Assembly: GCA_021776075.1 (NCBI GenBank)
Contig: JAJFGQ010000017.1
Span: 1-52,996, forward strand
Length of the DNA: 52,996 nt
Origin: Alphaproteobacteria bacterium
GTDB taxonomy: Bacteria > Pseudomonadota > Alphaproteobacteria > Micavibrionales > Micavibrionaceae
Reading direction: 5' to 3'
How positions within the stretch are numbered: the stretch's first letter is position 1; each line of letters starts with the position of its first letter. Of this stretch, positions 29,285 to 39,077 are shown piece after piece. A program made the position numbers and the translations under genes. The notes below the pieces were generated by a model that searched no databases, was not told the origin of the DNA, and worked only from the letters and a program-made list of their open reading frames with translations.

Positions 29285-30385
29285 TTATGAGGGGAGGCAA
29301 ATATGGGGATGTTCATGAAAGATATTCAGGACGTTTTCTCTTATAGAAGAGGGAATGTGAATGAAGCCGTCGCCATGATCTGCATAGAAGCTGCGGTCTG
29401 ATACTTTATCAAAGAGTGTCTTCACATCGGGCGCGGTCATTTTATAGACAATATCATGCATGTCTTTTATCGCATCGTCAGGAGTCTTTTTACCTTTGTG
29501 GACAGCTCTCGCATTGCGGTAGAAAAGTTCACGGAACTGGACATTGTGTGAATGCCCCATACGAATACTGCCGTATTTATCACCATAGAGTTCAAGCATG
29601 TCACCGTAGATACGGGGGACTGTATCGAGCCAGAACTCAGAAATATTTTCTTCTTTCAAAGATTTTGTCAGCCGGTTGATTTCGCGGACAGCCTGTTTAT
29701 CGCTGTTGAATTCTATAAAATCGTTATCGGTTTTAAATTTTTGCAGCAAGTCCTGATCAATCTGCTTTGTAAGGGAAGCCGGTATTTCAATGCCCTGTGA
29801 TAAAAGGGCAGCCCATAATTCATGGTTATTTGCGGGCATTATGCCATGTTGTTGATAGGCATTAACAAGGATCGTATGAAGCCGTGCCTGAAATTCGCAT
29901 TCATCACTAAGATAGTTCAGGAAAAGGTCTGTTTCCTTTAATTGAGATACGATAGCGTAGCGCTTGTTTTGCAGAGAAGAGGCCAGAGAGCTTCTGTAAT
30001 CATCCCATTGCAGGATATGCAAATGTTCGTGGGAGATTGTGTTAGCCAGATAGTCACTGCTTTTATTAAATATACGCGCAAGGCCAAGGACTTCATGGAT
30101 ATGGATATCTCTTTCTTTGCGGGCGTCTGCCTGTCCAGCGGTAAAAAATGACAGGAAGAGTTCCTGATAACTATTCAGGCTCTTCCAGTTTGTAGATTTT
30201 TGAAATTGTGACGCGATCACCGGTTTGAATCGTACAGTCCCTTCCGGGGGATGAATGATTTCAAGTCCTTTGGGTGGCCAGTGCCCAAAATCAGCAGTCA
30301 GCAATTCAAGAGTCGATGCCTCTCTCTTCGCATAAAGAGCGATGAGTTGCCGTTCGCGGGTTTTATTCGTGGCACGTGACTCCAT
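29285..30385 (-). CDS. hypothetical protein with HExxH motif (possible zinc metallopeptidase)
   Basis: 366 aa with no signal peptide. HEHLH at ~aa 120. Otherwise unrecognisable. Confidence 0.55.
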   Translation of the reverse strand: MESRATNKTRERQLIALYAKREASTLELLTADFGHWPPKGLEIIHPPEGTVRFKPVIASQFQKSTNWKSLNSYQELFLSFFTAGQADARKERDIHIHEVLGLARIFNKSSDYLANTISHEHLHILQWDDYRSSLASSLQNKRYAIVSQLKETDLFLNYLSDECEFQARLHTILVNAYQQHGIMPANNHELWAALLSQGIEIPASLTKQIDQDLLQKFKTDNDFIEFNSDKQAVREINRLTKSLKEENISEFWLDTVPRIYGDMLELYGDKYGSIRMGHSHNVQFRELFYRNARAVHKGKKTPDDAIKDMHDIVYKMTAPDVKTLFDKVSDRSFYADHGDGFIHIPSSIRENVLNIFHEHPHICLPS

Positions 30386-30456
30386 TTTTCGTCTGTTTTT
30401 GTTATCTTTCCAGCCTTATTGTTTAACATAATTCAATGGCGTTTGCAAGACTTATG

Positions 30457-30622
30457 GTCGTTCTCATTAGGAATAAGACATTGTCATGCCCGCCTTGTGC
30501 GGGCATCCGGCAAAACAAAGTGCGCAGCTGTTCTGCGCTCATAACCAGACCCCCGCCGTTCTTATCCTGCTATCGCAGGATCGCGGGGGTGACGAGAATG
30601 TCTTATTTTTAACGAGAACGAC
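30457..30622. repeat. MITE-like structured intergenic element with ~30-bp terminal inverted repeats
   Basis: Left arm GTCGTTCTCATTAGGAATAAGACATTGTC (30457-30485). Right arm GACGAGAATGTCTTATTTTTAACGAGAACGAC (30591-30622) is its near-perfect reverse complement. Internal nested hairpins GCCCGC/GCGGGC, GCGCAG/CTGCGC and CCCCCGC...ATCCTGC/GCAGGAT...GCGGGGG. Confidence 0.45.
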
Positions 30623-30638
30623 TATATGAAGAGGCCAG

Positions 30639-31196
30639 TTAAGGGAAAATCCGTACGCCGTTTGTTACGTTGCTGGCATAGGTTCCATGCTGGAAAGCCG
30701 GCTGGGCCGGATAGGTGTGGCCGTTGAATTGCAAGGCAACATCCTTTGCATTGAATCCGGTGCGGCCTGAAACCCGAACGATGATATCCCGCCAGCCTTT
30801 TGTTTTATGATCGCTGATGAGGAGGGGGCCACGCACCGGGGCGATTTCTGAAACCAGTTTGAAATCATCATTATAGGCCTTGAAAACGGCCATGTTACAT
30901 CCGTTGTCGCCGCACCAGAATTTATGAGGGGTCTTCATAATCACAATACCTTCGCGGCGCCCGTCATTATCCAGATCAATGCGGGTAAACTCGTAACGGG
31001 TATTCGAAGGGCCCGCCTTGGCATGTACATATTGTGTAATGGCGGCCATGAAATCCGTATTATCAGGATCACGCAGGGTGGTGTAATCCGTAGGTAAAGG
31101 CAGAAGGGGTTCACGGGCATAGTCCTGCTTTCCGCTACTGCATGCGGTGAGTGCTATGCTTACAAAAATCAGAATGAAACACGTTAGCCGCGTCAT
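30639..31196 (-). CDS. lipoprotein, hypothetical
   Basis: Lipobox ALTAC after the TM signal MTRLTCFILIFVSIALTAC. 185 aa. Confidence 0.6.
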   Translation of the reverse strand: MTRLTCFILIFVSIALTACSSGKQDYAREPLLPLPTDYTTLRDPDNTDFMAAITQYVHAKAGPSNTRYEFTRIDLDNDGRREGIVIMKTPHKFWCGDNGCNMAVFKAYNDDFKLVSEIAPVRGPLLISDHKTKGWRDIIVRVSGRTGFNAKDVALQFNGHTYPAQPAFQHGTYASNVTNGVRIFP

Positions 31197-31320
31197 GTGA
31201 TTGCCCTGTTCCGAGAAAGTTTCTTTCTTTCATTATCGACACAGATGCACCGGCGGGCAAATATTATCTGCCAGCCATACACAAGTAGTTTTGGGCACAG
31301 GTAGTTTTTTTTAATATGTC

Positions 31321-33933
31321 CTATTTAAGAAACGGCAAAGCCTTGTAAAACAGTTTCGTGGCAGCGGAGAGGGCGCAGAGTTTTCTTCCGTCCTCGCCAT
31401 GTACAGGTTTTCCATCAGGGTTTCTGCGGGGTAGCGTTATTTCATCCCGCATAGCCCGGAGTTCATCCAGTGTTTTTGGTTCCGTCAACGGTTTTTCCCG
31501 CAGCGGTTTTCCTTTGGCAATCATATGGCCGACACGTTTCTGTGTTTGCCGTGTTTTCAGCAGGGACATAAAATTTTCGCGCTCCAACTGCTGAATATCA
31601 TTTTCTGTCAGAGTCTTGCCGATATGCGTATCGCCACCAGTGAGGACAGTTGCCAGTGCCTCGGATACGACGACATCATGCCATGTGGCGCTGCCATTGG
31701 CATAGAAATCATCTATCGCCATGCGCAGGGTCGCTTTACCGCTTTCTCCCGGTAGCTGGAAGACAGCCGGTTCAGGTGGTTTGTAACCTTCGATCAAAGA
31801 AACAGCCTTGGCTTTGGCATCGGTCAGCAAGCGGTCCGTATTCATGGAAATGCCGTCATCAGGGTTAAGCCATAGCTTTTTCCGGGCATCCTGAGCCGAA
31901 GTGGAGATAGAAAATTGTGGCATCATTAAAGCCTGAAAGGCTGTCTTAGCCGACAGAAACGGGCCTTTTCTTGCTCCCGGTTTTTCCTGCGCCTTTTGAG
32001 CGCGTTCCAGATAACGGGCACAGCCGTTCCAACCCGGAATTAAGCCGACACCGCTTTCTACCAGCCCGATATAGCTCTCGGCCCCGGCTTGCACAGCATC
32101 ACAATGCAGAAGAACTTCACAGCCACCGCCAAGTGCCATGCCGTTGGGCGCGCCGACAACAGGGAAGGGTGACTCGCGCAGGGCTTTGTAAACGGCTTGA
32201 CCGGAATAGACCATGCTTTCCACGGTATCCCACATCCCGGCTTTTACGAATGCCTGAGCCAAGGCAAGGTTAGCCCCGGCGGAAAAATTAGGCGCTTCGT
32301 TATGAATGACCATGGCTTTGTATTTGCCGTTGCTGTTGCTCACTTTTTTGATGGCTTCATTCATTTCGTTCAAAATAGAGCCGTCAATCGTGTTCATCAG
32401 GGAGTGAAACTCAAGACAAACCACACCGTCGCCAATATCCCACAGGCTGGCTGACTGACCGGAGAGGATCGGTTTGCTGTTCAGTTTGACATCAGAGAGT
32501 TTCAGAACGCCATTCTGTTTGGGGACATCCTTGTAAACGCCGAATTGCTTGCCGTGATGGAAGGTGAGGTGCTGCATCTTACCGTTTTCTTTGCGGTAAA
32601 AGGGCCGGCCCCGTGCCATTTTCAGGACAGGCGGAATAGGGCGGCCTTCTTTTTCCAGCTTGTTGGTAAACCACTCAATGCCAATTTTGTCGAGTAGTTC
32701 AAATGGCCCGTATTTCCAGTTATAGCCTTCGCGCATGGCGGCATCAATTTCCGTGATTTCATCGGAAATTTCAGGCACTAGAGAGGCCGTGTAGAGCAGC
32801 GTATCCCGCATGACAGTCCAGGCGTAATCACTGGCTCTTTCGCGTCCTTCAAAAACGGCGCGCGGGCCGTTCTTTTTCGCTGCTTTTACGCTTTTCAGGC
32901 GTGGCCTGTCCGCATCGCGATATTTTCCGATATATAAATCAACAGCTTTTTTCGTTTTGCTGCCGTCTTTGTTTTTCTGCATGTTGTAGAAACCGCCTTT
33001 ACCGGAGCGTCGCCCGGTGCGGCCTTCTTCTATCATCTGGTTGATAATCGGTGGAATAACGGAGCAGTCGCGGTGAAAGGCATCGCTTTTCGGTAGGCTA
33101 TCCAGAAGGCTTTTAGTCAAATGCGGGATCAATCCGATTCCGACCATATCAACCAAACCAAACACACCTGTTTTGGGCATGCCCATCGGGGCGCCGAGAA
33201 CGGCGTCGGCTTCTTCAATCTTCAGGCCGTTATCAATAGCTTCGATGATGGCACGGAACAGAAAATATGTGCCGATACGGTTGGCAATAAAACCGGGTGT
33301 GTCTTTGCACTCTACAACGTTTTTACCGAGTTCTTTGTCGCAGAAATCACGGAGCGTTTCCATGACTTCGGGGCTTGTCTGCTCGCCGCCAACCAGCTCC
33401 AGCAGGCGCATAAAACGCGGCGGGTTGAAAAAATGTGTGATGGCGAAGTTCTTTTTGAACTCTTCAGAGAGCCCTTCGGACATATTCTTCAGGGGAATAG
33501 ACGATGTGTTGGAGGAGACAATCGCGCCGGGCTTTTTAAACTGGTCTATTTTTTTAAACAAATTGCGTTTGATGGTCAGGTCTTCCAACACGACTTCGAT
33601 AATCCAGTCGGCGTCTTTTAGAGCGCTTTCCAGATGGTCTTCCGTATTGCCGGGCGTCACGAGCTTTGCATTGGCCGGGTCCATGAATCCCGCACTCATG
33701 GGATCTGTCGCCGGGTTGGCTTTTTTCATGCGTGTGATAGCACTTTTGGCGATCACATCACGATCTGTGGCGTCTTTGGGCACGATGTCCAGCAAATCAA
33801 CTTTGATACCGGTATTGGACAGGTGTGCGGCAATGCCGGACCCCATAATTCCCGCACCGATAACGACGACCTTTTTGATATCGCGTGTTTGGATATTGTC
33901 CGCGTCATTCCGCACTGCTTTTGATGATGGCAT
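31321..33933 (-). CDS. fadN: FadN-type 3-hydroxyacyl-CoA dehydrogenase/enoyl-CoA hydratase (dehydrogenase N-terminal, crotonase C-terminal)
   Basis: 870 aa. Rossmann VVVIGAGIMGSGIA at the N-terminus. Crotonase-fold segment (APNGMALGGGCE) in the C-terminal half. This is the reverse domain order to E. coli FadB, as in Bacillus FadN. Confidence 0.85.
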   Translation of the reverse strand: MPSSKAVRNDADNIQTRDIKKVVVIGAGIMGSGIAAHLSNTGIKVDLLDIVPKDATDRDVIAKSAITRMKKANPATDPMSAGFMDPANAKLVTPGNTEDHLESALKDADWIIEVVLEDLTIKRNLFKKIDQFKKPGAIVSSNTSSIPLKNMSEGLSEEFKKNFAITHFFNPPRFMRLLELVGGEQTSPEVMETLRDFCDKELGKNVVECKDTPGFIANRIGTYFLFRAIIEAIDNGLKIEEADAVLGAPMGMPKTGVFGLVDMVGIGLIPHLTKSLLDSLPKSDAFHRDCSVIPPIINQMIEEGRTGRRSGKGGFYNMQKNKDGSKTKKAVDLYIGKYRDADRPRLKSVKAAKKNGPRAVFEGRERASDYAWTVMRDTLLYTASLVPEISDEITEIDAAMREGYNWKYGPFELLDKIGIEWFTNKLEKEGRPIPPVLKMARGRPFYRKENGKMQHLTFHHGKQFGVYKDVPKQNGVLKLSDVKLNSKPILSGQSASLWDIGDGVVCLEFHSLMNTIDGSILNEMNEAIKKVSNSNGKYKAMVIHNEAPNFSAGANLALAQAFVKAGMWDTVESMVYSGQAVYKALRESPFPVVGAPNGMALGGGCEVLLHCDAVQAGAESYIGLVESGVGLIPGWNGCARYLERAQKAQEKPGARKGPFLSAKTAFQALMMPQFSISTSAQDARKKLWLNPDDGISMNTDRLLTDAKAKAVSLIEGYKPPEPAVFQLPGESGKATLRMAIDDFYANGSATWHDVVVSEALATVLTGGDTHIGKTLTENDIQQLERENFMSLLKTRQTQKRVGHMIAKGKPLREKPLTEPKTLDELRAMRDEITLPRRNPDGKPVHGEDGRKLCALSAATKLFYKALPFLK

Positions 33934-33967
33934 GATCTTTTACCTCTTCATATATCGTGAAGTGAAA

Positions 33968-35164
33968 TTAGATTGTTGGTTTCGGTGCTTTTGTGTAATT
34001 CGGATTTTCCACCAGAACCGCGCCACCTTGTCCGCCGCCCATGCAGGCCGCAGCAACTCCATAGCGTTCGCCCGTGCGTTGCAGGATTTTAGCAAGATGA
34101 CCAATCAGACGTGTGCCGGATGCACCGAGTGGGTGACCGAGAGCAATGGCGCCACCGTCAATATTGAGTTTGTTGGTATCAAGAGTCATGTTTTGTATTT
34201 CCATTTCCTCCAGAACGCCGCCGATTTGTCCGCCGAAGGCTTCATTGACCTCGAAACGCGCAATGTCAGCCATGGTCAGACCTTCGCGATCCAGTAATTT
34301 TTTGATAGAGTCTACCGGACCAAGCCCCATAACTTCCGGAGCGCAGCCAGAACCGGCATAGGCTTTTATGACGGCCAGAACCGGGAGGTTGTTCTTTTTC
34401 GCATATGACTCAGAAGCCAGAAGAAGTGCGCCCGCACCATCTGTTAGCGGAGACGACGTCGCCGCGGTGACCGAACCGGATTCTTTGAAAGCAGGGCCCA
34501 GTTTGGCTATTTGTTCTTTGTTAGTATCAGGGCGGATATTGTCATCTTCACTGACTCCGCCAACGGGAACGATTTCATCTTTATAATACCCTTTTTCGCG
34601 CGCCAGAGCAGCTTTTTGATGAGACTTAATCGCGAAGTCTTCCTGCCACTCACGGGAAATTCCATATTTTTCGGCCAGGTTTTCTGCCGTAAGCCCCATA
34701 TTCATGAAGCTTTTGGCGTTACCCTTATAGACTTTTTTATTCATAAGGAGATTCCAGCCACCCATCGGAATACGGCTCATGGATTGTACACCGGCGGCAA
34801 TGATGAGGTCCGCTTCACCGGCCAGAATGTCATTCTTCGCCATGGCGATTGTGCGTAGTGAAGAACCGCAGAATTTATCAACTGTATCGCCCTGAACGGT
34901 CAAAGGTAGTTTGCATTCTTCATGAAGAACGGCAAGACGGGCAAGGTTCAGGCCTTGTTCTGCTTCCTGATGAACGCAGCCGAGGATAAGGTTTTCAATA
35001 TCCTTGGGGTTTGCGCCCGTGCGTTCCAGAAGGGCGTTGACCGTGGCGACAACCATATCGGCGGGATCAACATGGGCCAGCTTTCCCGGTGCCTTGCCGG
35101 ACGTTGGATCGGCGGCACGGGTAAAAGGTGTGCGGACATAATCAACAATGACGACGTTTTCCAT
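33968..35164 (-). CDS. fadA: acetyl-CoA C-acyltransferase (3-ketoacyl-CoA thiolase)
   Basis: 398 aa. Thiolase active-site Cys regions (CGSSLRT, NEAFG, CMGGGQG). Confidence 0.92.
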   Translation of the reverse strand: MENVVIVDYVRTPFTRAADPTSGKAPGKLAHVDPADMVVATVNALLERTGANPKDIENLILGCVHQEAEQGLNLARLAVLHEECKLPLTVQGDTVDKFCGSSLRTIAMAKNDILAGEADLIIAAGVQSMSRIPMGGWNLLMNKKVYKGNAKSFMNMGLTAENLAEKYGISREWQEDFAIKSHQKAALAREKGYYKDEIVPVGGVSEDDNIRPDTNKEQIAKLGPAFKESGSVTAATSSPLTDGAGALLLASESYAKKNNLPVLAVIKAYAGSGCAPEVMGLGPVDSIKKLLDREGLTMADIARFEVNEAFGGQIGGVLEEMEIQNMTLDTNKLNIDGGAIALGHPLGASGTRLIGHLAKILQRTGERYGVAAACMGGGQGGAVLVENPNYTKAPKPTI

Positions 35165-35174
35165 GGTTTTTCTC

Positions 35175-37085
35175 CTACTTCATGTTCGGTTTGTTATTAT
35201 CAGGGTTCTGTTTTTTCGACTGTTCGTATTTACGGCGCTCTTCATCCTGAAGGGTTTTCCAGTCGGGTTTGCCTACGGCAGTTTTGGGAAGTTCCTCTTC
35301 CACGAATTCAAAATGTTTCGGTGTTTCCATCCGGTTGATATGCGGTTCCAGAAACTTTTTCAGTTCTGCGATGTCCGGCGGATTTGTAACACCTGCTTTG
35401 AAGCGAATAAAGGCTTTGGCGGATTCTCCCGAGCGGTCATCCGGTACGCTGACGACAACACATTCGGCAATGTCGGGATGGTTGGCAATCGCGTTTTCAA
35501 CTTGTGCAGGATAGACGTTAAAGCCGTTGATAATCACAAGGCGTTTCTTGCGGTCGACAATGTGCAGATACATATCATCATCCAGATAGCCTAAATCGCC
35601 GGTATGGAGCCAGCCGTTTTTAATCATCTCGCCTGTTGCTTCCGGTTGGTTGTAATAGCCTTTCATGACCTGCGGGCCCTGCACGCAGATTTCACCAAGT
35701 TCGCCAATCTTCATGATCTTTTCGGGATTGTCGGGGTCGGCGATTTTAACAGTCGTTTTCGGATAGGGCATTCCGACGGATTCAGGCTTGTTTTTACCGT
35801 GGGGCGGATTACAGGAGATTACAGGAGATGACTCCGTCATACCGTAACCCTGTTTGACAACACCTTCTGTCCCAACGGCATCTTCAAAATCTTTATGGAC
35901 CCCGGAGGGTAGGGCAGCGCCGCCTGAAATGACGGCTTTTAAACTGGAGAGGTCTGCTTTTTTTGCATTTTTATTTTCAGCAATACCCTGTTGCTGCTTG
36001 GGAACAGACGGGAAGAAGGTCGGTTTCTTTTTATTGATGGCGTCAATTGTCATCTCCATATCACGGGGATTGGGGAGGATAATGATTTCCGTTCCTGTTT
36101 TCATGGCCGTCAGCATGGCAACCGTCATGCCGAAAACATGGAAATAAGGAATAGCGGCCAGTGTGCGTTCTTTGCCGTTTCTGACATAGGAACTGTCTTT
36201 CGGCTTGTTAGGGCTTTCGCCATAGAACTCAGCCGTCTGGAATAGATTGGCCACCAGATTAAAATGGGTCAGCATTGCCCCTTTGGGGATGCCTGTTGTG
36301 CCGCCCGTATATTGGAGGACGGCAACTTCATCCGGATCAATGGCAACGGAATGAAAATAACCGTTATTGTCGATGATATCCCTGAAATCGACGATGGCCG
36401 GTTTGTCGTCCTTTAAAGGGCGGATTTCCTGGGTTTCCTGATTGCTGCAAGGCCATTTACAGGCTTTGCGCATCATAAGATTCCCCATCTGCCAGTTCGT
36501 CATGTCCGGTTTGTCGGCTTTGGCTTTATCATAAGTCTCTTTAATCCGGTAGGCTTTGGCTTTCATATAGGGCAGGGCATCGCCCATCTGGCACTTGATA
36601 ATATGTTTGAGAGCGCCGCTTTTTTGCAGTGTTTCGGCTTTGTCAAAGAAGTCATGCTTGTCAATCGTGACCATGATTTCAGTGCCACTATCTTTAATCT
36701 GCGCCGCCAGCTCCTCAGTCGTGTAAAGCGGGCTGTAATTGACGACAGTTGCGCCAACGCGCAAGGCTGCAAAAAACATGACGGGATAAAAGGTCGTGTT
36801 GGGCATATACAGGCCAACCTTCGTTCCCTTGCCAACGCCCATATCCTGTAGCCCCGCAGCGGCGCGGCTGATCAGGTTCCCAATTTCCGTGTAGGTGAAC
36901 TTTTTACCGAGAAAGTCGACGCAGGGCCTGCTGCCGAACTTCACAATGGATTCGTCGATAACACGGACGAGGTCCACATGCGGGATGCCGATATCCCACT
37001 GTATACCTTCCGGGTAGTGCGCGGGTAACGACTCACCATTCGCAAGAGCCGGTTTTTTTTCTTTTTGTTTTTCGTCTTTCTGCAT
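35175..37085 (-). CDS. fadD: long-chain fatty acid--CoA ligase
   Basis: 636 aa. AMP-binding motifs (YTGGTTGIPKGAMLTH, GYGMTE) and an insertion typical of FadD-type enzymes. Confidence 0.9.
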   Translation of the reverse strand: MQKDEKQKEKKPALANGESLPAHYPEGIQWDIGIPHVDLVRVIDESIVKFGSRPCVDFLGKKFTYTEIGNLISRAAAGLQDMGVGKGTKVGLYMPNTTFYPVMFFAALRVGATVVNYSPLYTTEELAAQIKDSGTEIMVTIDKHDFFDKAETLQKSGALKHIIKCQMGDALPYMKAKAYRIKETYDKAKADKPDMTNWQMGNLMMRKACKWPCSNQETQEIRPLKDDKPAIVDFRDIIDNNGYFHSVAIDPDEVAVLQYTGGTTGIPKGAMLTHFNLVANLFQTAEFYGESPNKPKDSSYVRNGKERTLAAIPYFHVFGMTVAMLTAMKTGTEIIILPNPRDMEMTIDAINKKKPTFFPSVPKQQQGIAENKNAKKADLSSLKAVISGGAALPSGVHKDFEDAVGTEGVVKQGYGMTESSPVISCNPPHGKNKPESVGMPYPKTTVKIADPDNPEKIMKIGELGEICVQGPQVMKGYYNQPEATGEMIKNGWLHTGDLGYLDDDMYLHIVDRKKRLVIINGFNVYPAQVENAIANHPDIAECVVVSVPDDRSGESAKAFIRFKAGVTNPPDIAELKKFLEPHINRMETPKHFEFVEEELPKTAVGKPDWKTLQDEERRKYEQSKKQNPDNNKPNMK

Positions 37086-37213
37086 GACCGTGTTCAGGAC
37101 GCAAGGACGCGCCTTTCTCCCCCATTTATTATTAACGAGCCAAATGTTATGGCAACGATTACTTTGCGGTTATTATGTTAGATACCAACAGGAAAGTAAT
37201 AAGTAAAGTGACT

Positions 37214-37234
37214 TTGTGTGCTGCGCGCGCACAA
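37214..37234. promoter_or_regulatory. 21-bp palindrome TTGTGTGC-N5-GCGCACAA upstream of fadD; candidate operator
   Basis: Inverted repeat with 7/8 matching half-sites, ~130 bp upstream of the fadD start in an AT-rich promoter region. Confidence 0.3.
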
Positions 37235-37455
37235 TGCTTTATGTATATATTTTGTTTTCTTAAGTTTTTCTTGAGATATGACAAGGACGTAAATATAGAA
37301 AATAAAAAAATACGTTAAAATGTTCTTGGAATATATTCCTATTTATGCTATGGTTTAAAAATCAACGGGAGCTGTGCGCCAAAATTCAAAAGGGCGAACG
37401 GCTTTTTTTTATGCATAAATTTTTTCCCAAACAAAACAAAAAAGGACAATAAGTT

Positions 37456-37737
37456 ATGGCACTTTTCAGTGGTTTTTCTGATTTCCTGAAGAAATCGGTT
37501 GGCAATAATATGGAGAATAAACCGGAGGACGTCCGCACGGCCAAACGAAATCTGAGCGGGCTTAGGTTGATGGATGAGGATGACGCGGCGGAGAACGATA
37601 GGCGTATGGAGACGGAAGGAAAGGCAAAACAGTTTCGTGTCTTTGGTTCCAGATTGCAAAAAGTAAAAGGGTTTATTGAAATTGATAATGGAAAACTTAA
37701 AAGCTCTAATTTCGAATGGGAAGACATTAACCAGTGA
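37456..37737 (+). CDS. possible small protein (93 aa) at the edge of an AT-rich island
   Basis: ATG with AAAGGA SD 6 nt upstream. Charged, no recognisable motif. Confidence 0.3.
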   Translation: MALFSGFSDFLKKSVGNNMENKPEDVRTAKRNLSGLRLMDEDDAAENDRRMETEGKAKQFRVFGSRLQKVKGFIEIDNGKLKSSNFEWEDINQ

Positions 37738-37767
37738 GCGTTGGCAAGATTTAAATAAAAGTTTTTC

Positions 37768-38492
37768 ATGGAAACACTTGATGATATTTTGGCCCGTTTA
37801 TTGTTATTGGCTGGCCATTATAATGGCAGGCGGTTTTTCCCCCTCTCTGATGGATATGGAAATTATGATGTTACCAAGGGAATAAAAGCTTATTCTGATA
37901 TCTTTGTTTATCTGATTGCTCTTTATTTTCTTTATTTTTATGTCATCAGAAGTTGGAAAAGAGCAGCTCAATTCGGAGGGCATTTTATTGCAATCTGGCT
38001 ACTAATGCCCATTTTTAAAAATCTGGCCATTTTCTATTTGACGTTCAGTCGCGCATGTTCATTTGATCTGGACTGTGCGTGGAGTGACTTCTTTTTTATG
38101 GTTTCGAAAGAAGGATTCTTCTAACAAAACTGTCTCTAATTTTGATCCCAAGGACGATCCCAAACTTGATAAACTGATACTGGATACAGCAGTAAGCGAC
38201 CGGCTTTTGGATAACCGGTTGCGTGTGGATGTCCGCGATCTGCGCCGGAAATTCCCCGGTTTTGATTCCGCACCGGTGGAGGCACAGCAGGCGCTTTTGG
38301 ATATGGCGTTCAATCTTGGGTAATACACAGTTTCAGGAAGCAAACTGGCCCACCCTTTTTGCGGCTGTGAAAGCAGGAGACTGGGTAACGGCGGCGCGGG
38401 AGTCGCAGCGTAAAGATGTTGGTGCTGATAGAAATCAGAGAATCCGTAAATTGTTTGAAGACGCGCATAAGCGGCAGCAACAGCAACCCTGA
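37768..38492 (+). pseudogene. T4-type (GH24) lysozyme remnant, split across three reading frames
   Basis: Frame of 38063-38323 ends ...SAPVEAQQALLDMAFNLG*. Frame of 38223-38492 continues NTQFQEANWPTLFAAVKAGDWVTAARESQRKDVGADRNQRIRKLFEDA. Together these align to the T4 lysozyme C-terminal ~110 residues ([64 protein letters not shown]). A single extra T after GGG at ~38313 breaks the frame. The upstream frame at 37768 (DGYGNYDVTKGIKAYS) weakly resembles the N-terminal TIGIGHLLTKSPSL region, but the catalytic part is degraded. Confidence 0.5.
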
Positions 38493-38500
38493 TAGAGCTA

Positions 38501-39016
38501 TTAACGGGTATAGGTGCTAAGATTATGGAATAAATTGTTTCTGTTATACTCACATACGTTGTTGGTTTCGTTTTGAAGCCGCTCCCAATGGATATGGGCT
38601 GGTAAATACCAGTCTTTTTGGAATAGATCGCAATGTTGGTAGGTTACCCATACAGTATTATCAGGTCTTGTATGTGGTGGGTCAATAATGTACCGGACAT
38701 ATTTCCAGCGTGGATTAATCAGGGTAGAATTTGGATCTGTGTCTTCTTCCCGCACGATTGTATAGACATAGCCATTTTCGATATGGAACACCTTATAATA
38801 CTGTATCATGACAAGCTCTTTGGTGTCATTATTTACGCGGTGTTCAATAATGCCGTCAGGTCGTACGTCTATGCCAATAATACCGGAGGCCCTGCCGCGA
38901 GGTCTCCAGTACCCCAGAAACTCTTCGGGCATAGGCAAATAGCCGTTATCCTGCGGCGGCGTCGTGACGCAGGCGGTGAGGGATAACAGCAATATGACAG
39001 TGAGTAGTAATCTCAT
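38501..39016 (-). CDS. lipoprotein, hypothetical
   Basis: MRLLLTVILLLSLTAC lipobox. 171 aa, Trp/Tyr-rich, no known motif. Confidence 0.6.
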   Translation of the reverse strand: MRLLLTVILLLSLTACVTTPPQDNGYLPMPEEFLGYWRPRGRASGIIGIDVRPDGIIEHRVNNDTKELVMIQYYKVFHIENGYVYTIVREEDTDPNSTLINPRWKYVRYIIDPPHTRPDNTVWVTYQHCDLFQKDWYLPAHIHWERLQNETNNVCEYNRNNLFHNLSTYTR

Positions 39017-39077
39017 GCGCTGAGCCTATCCATAGACTGCGGCGATATCAAGGAGAACACCAAGATCTTTATTGCTT

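Noticed and set aside
33173-34297. 374-aa plus-strand ORF
   Set aside because: It is antisense across the fadN/fadA junction. It is a Ser/Ala-rich low-complexity translation with no start context.
35811-35830. 10-nt tandem duplication ATTACAGGAG x2 inside fadD
   Set aside because: It is in frame and encodes SPVISCNPP within an intact AMP-binding domain. It is probably a slippage footprint with no functional consequence.
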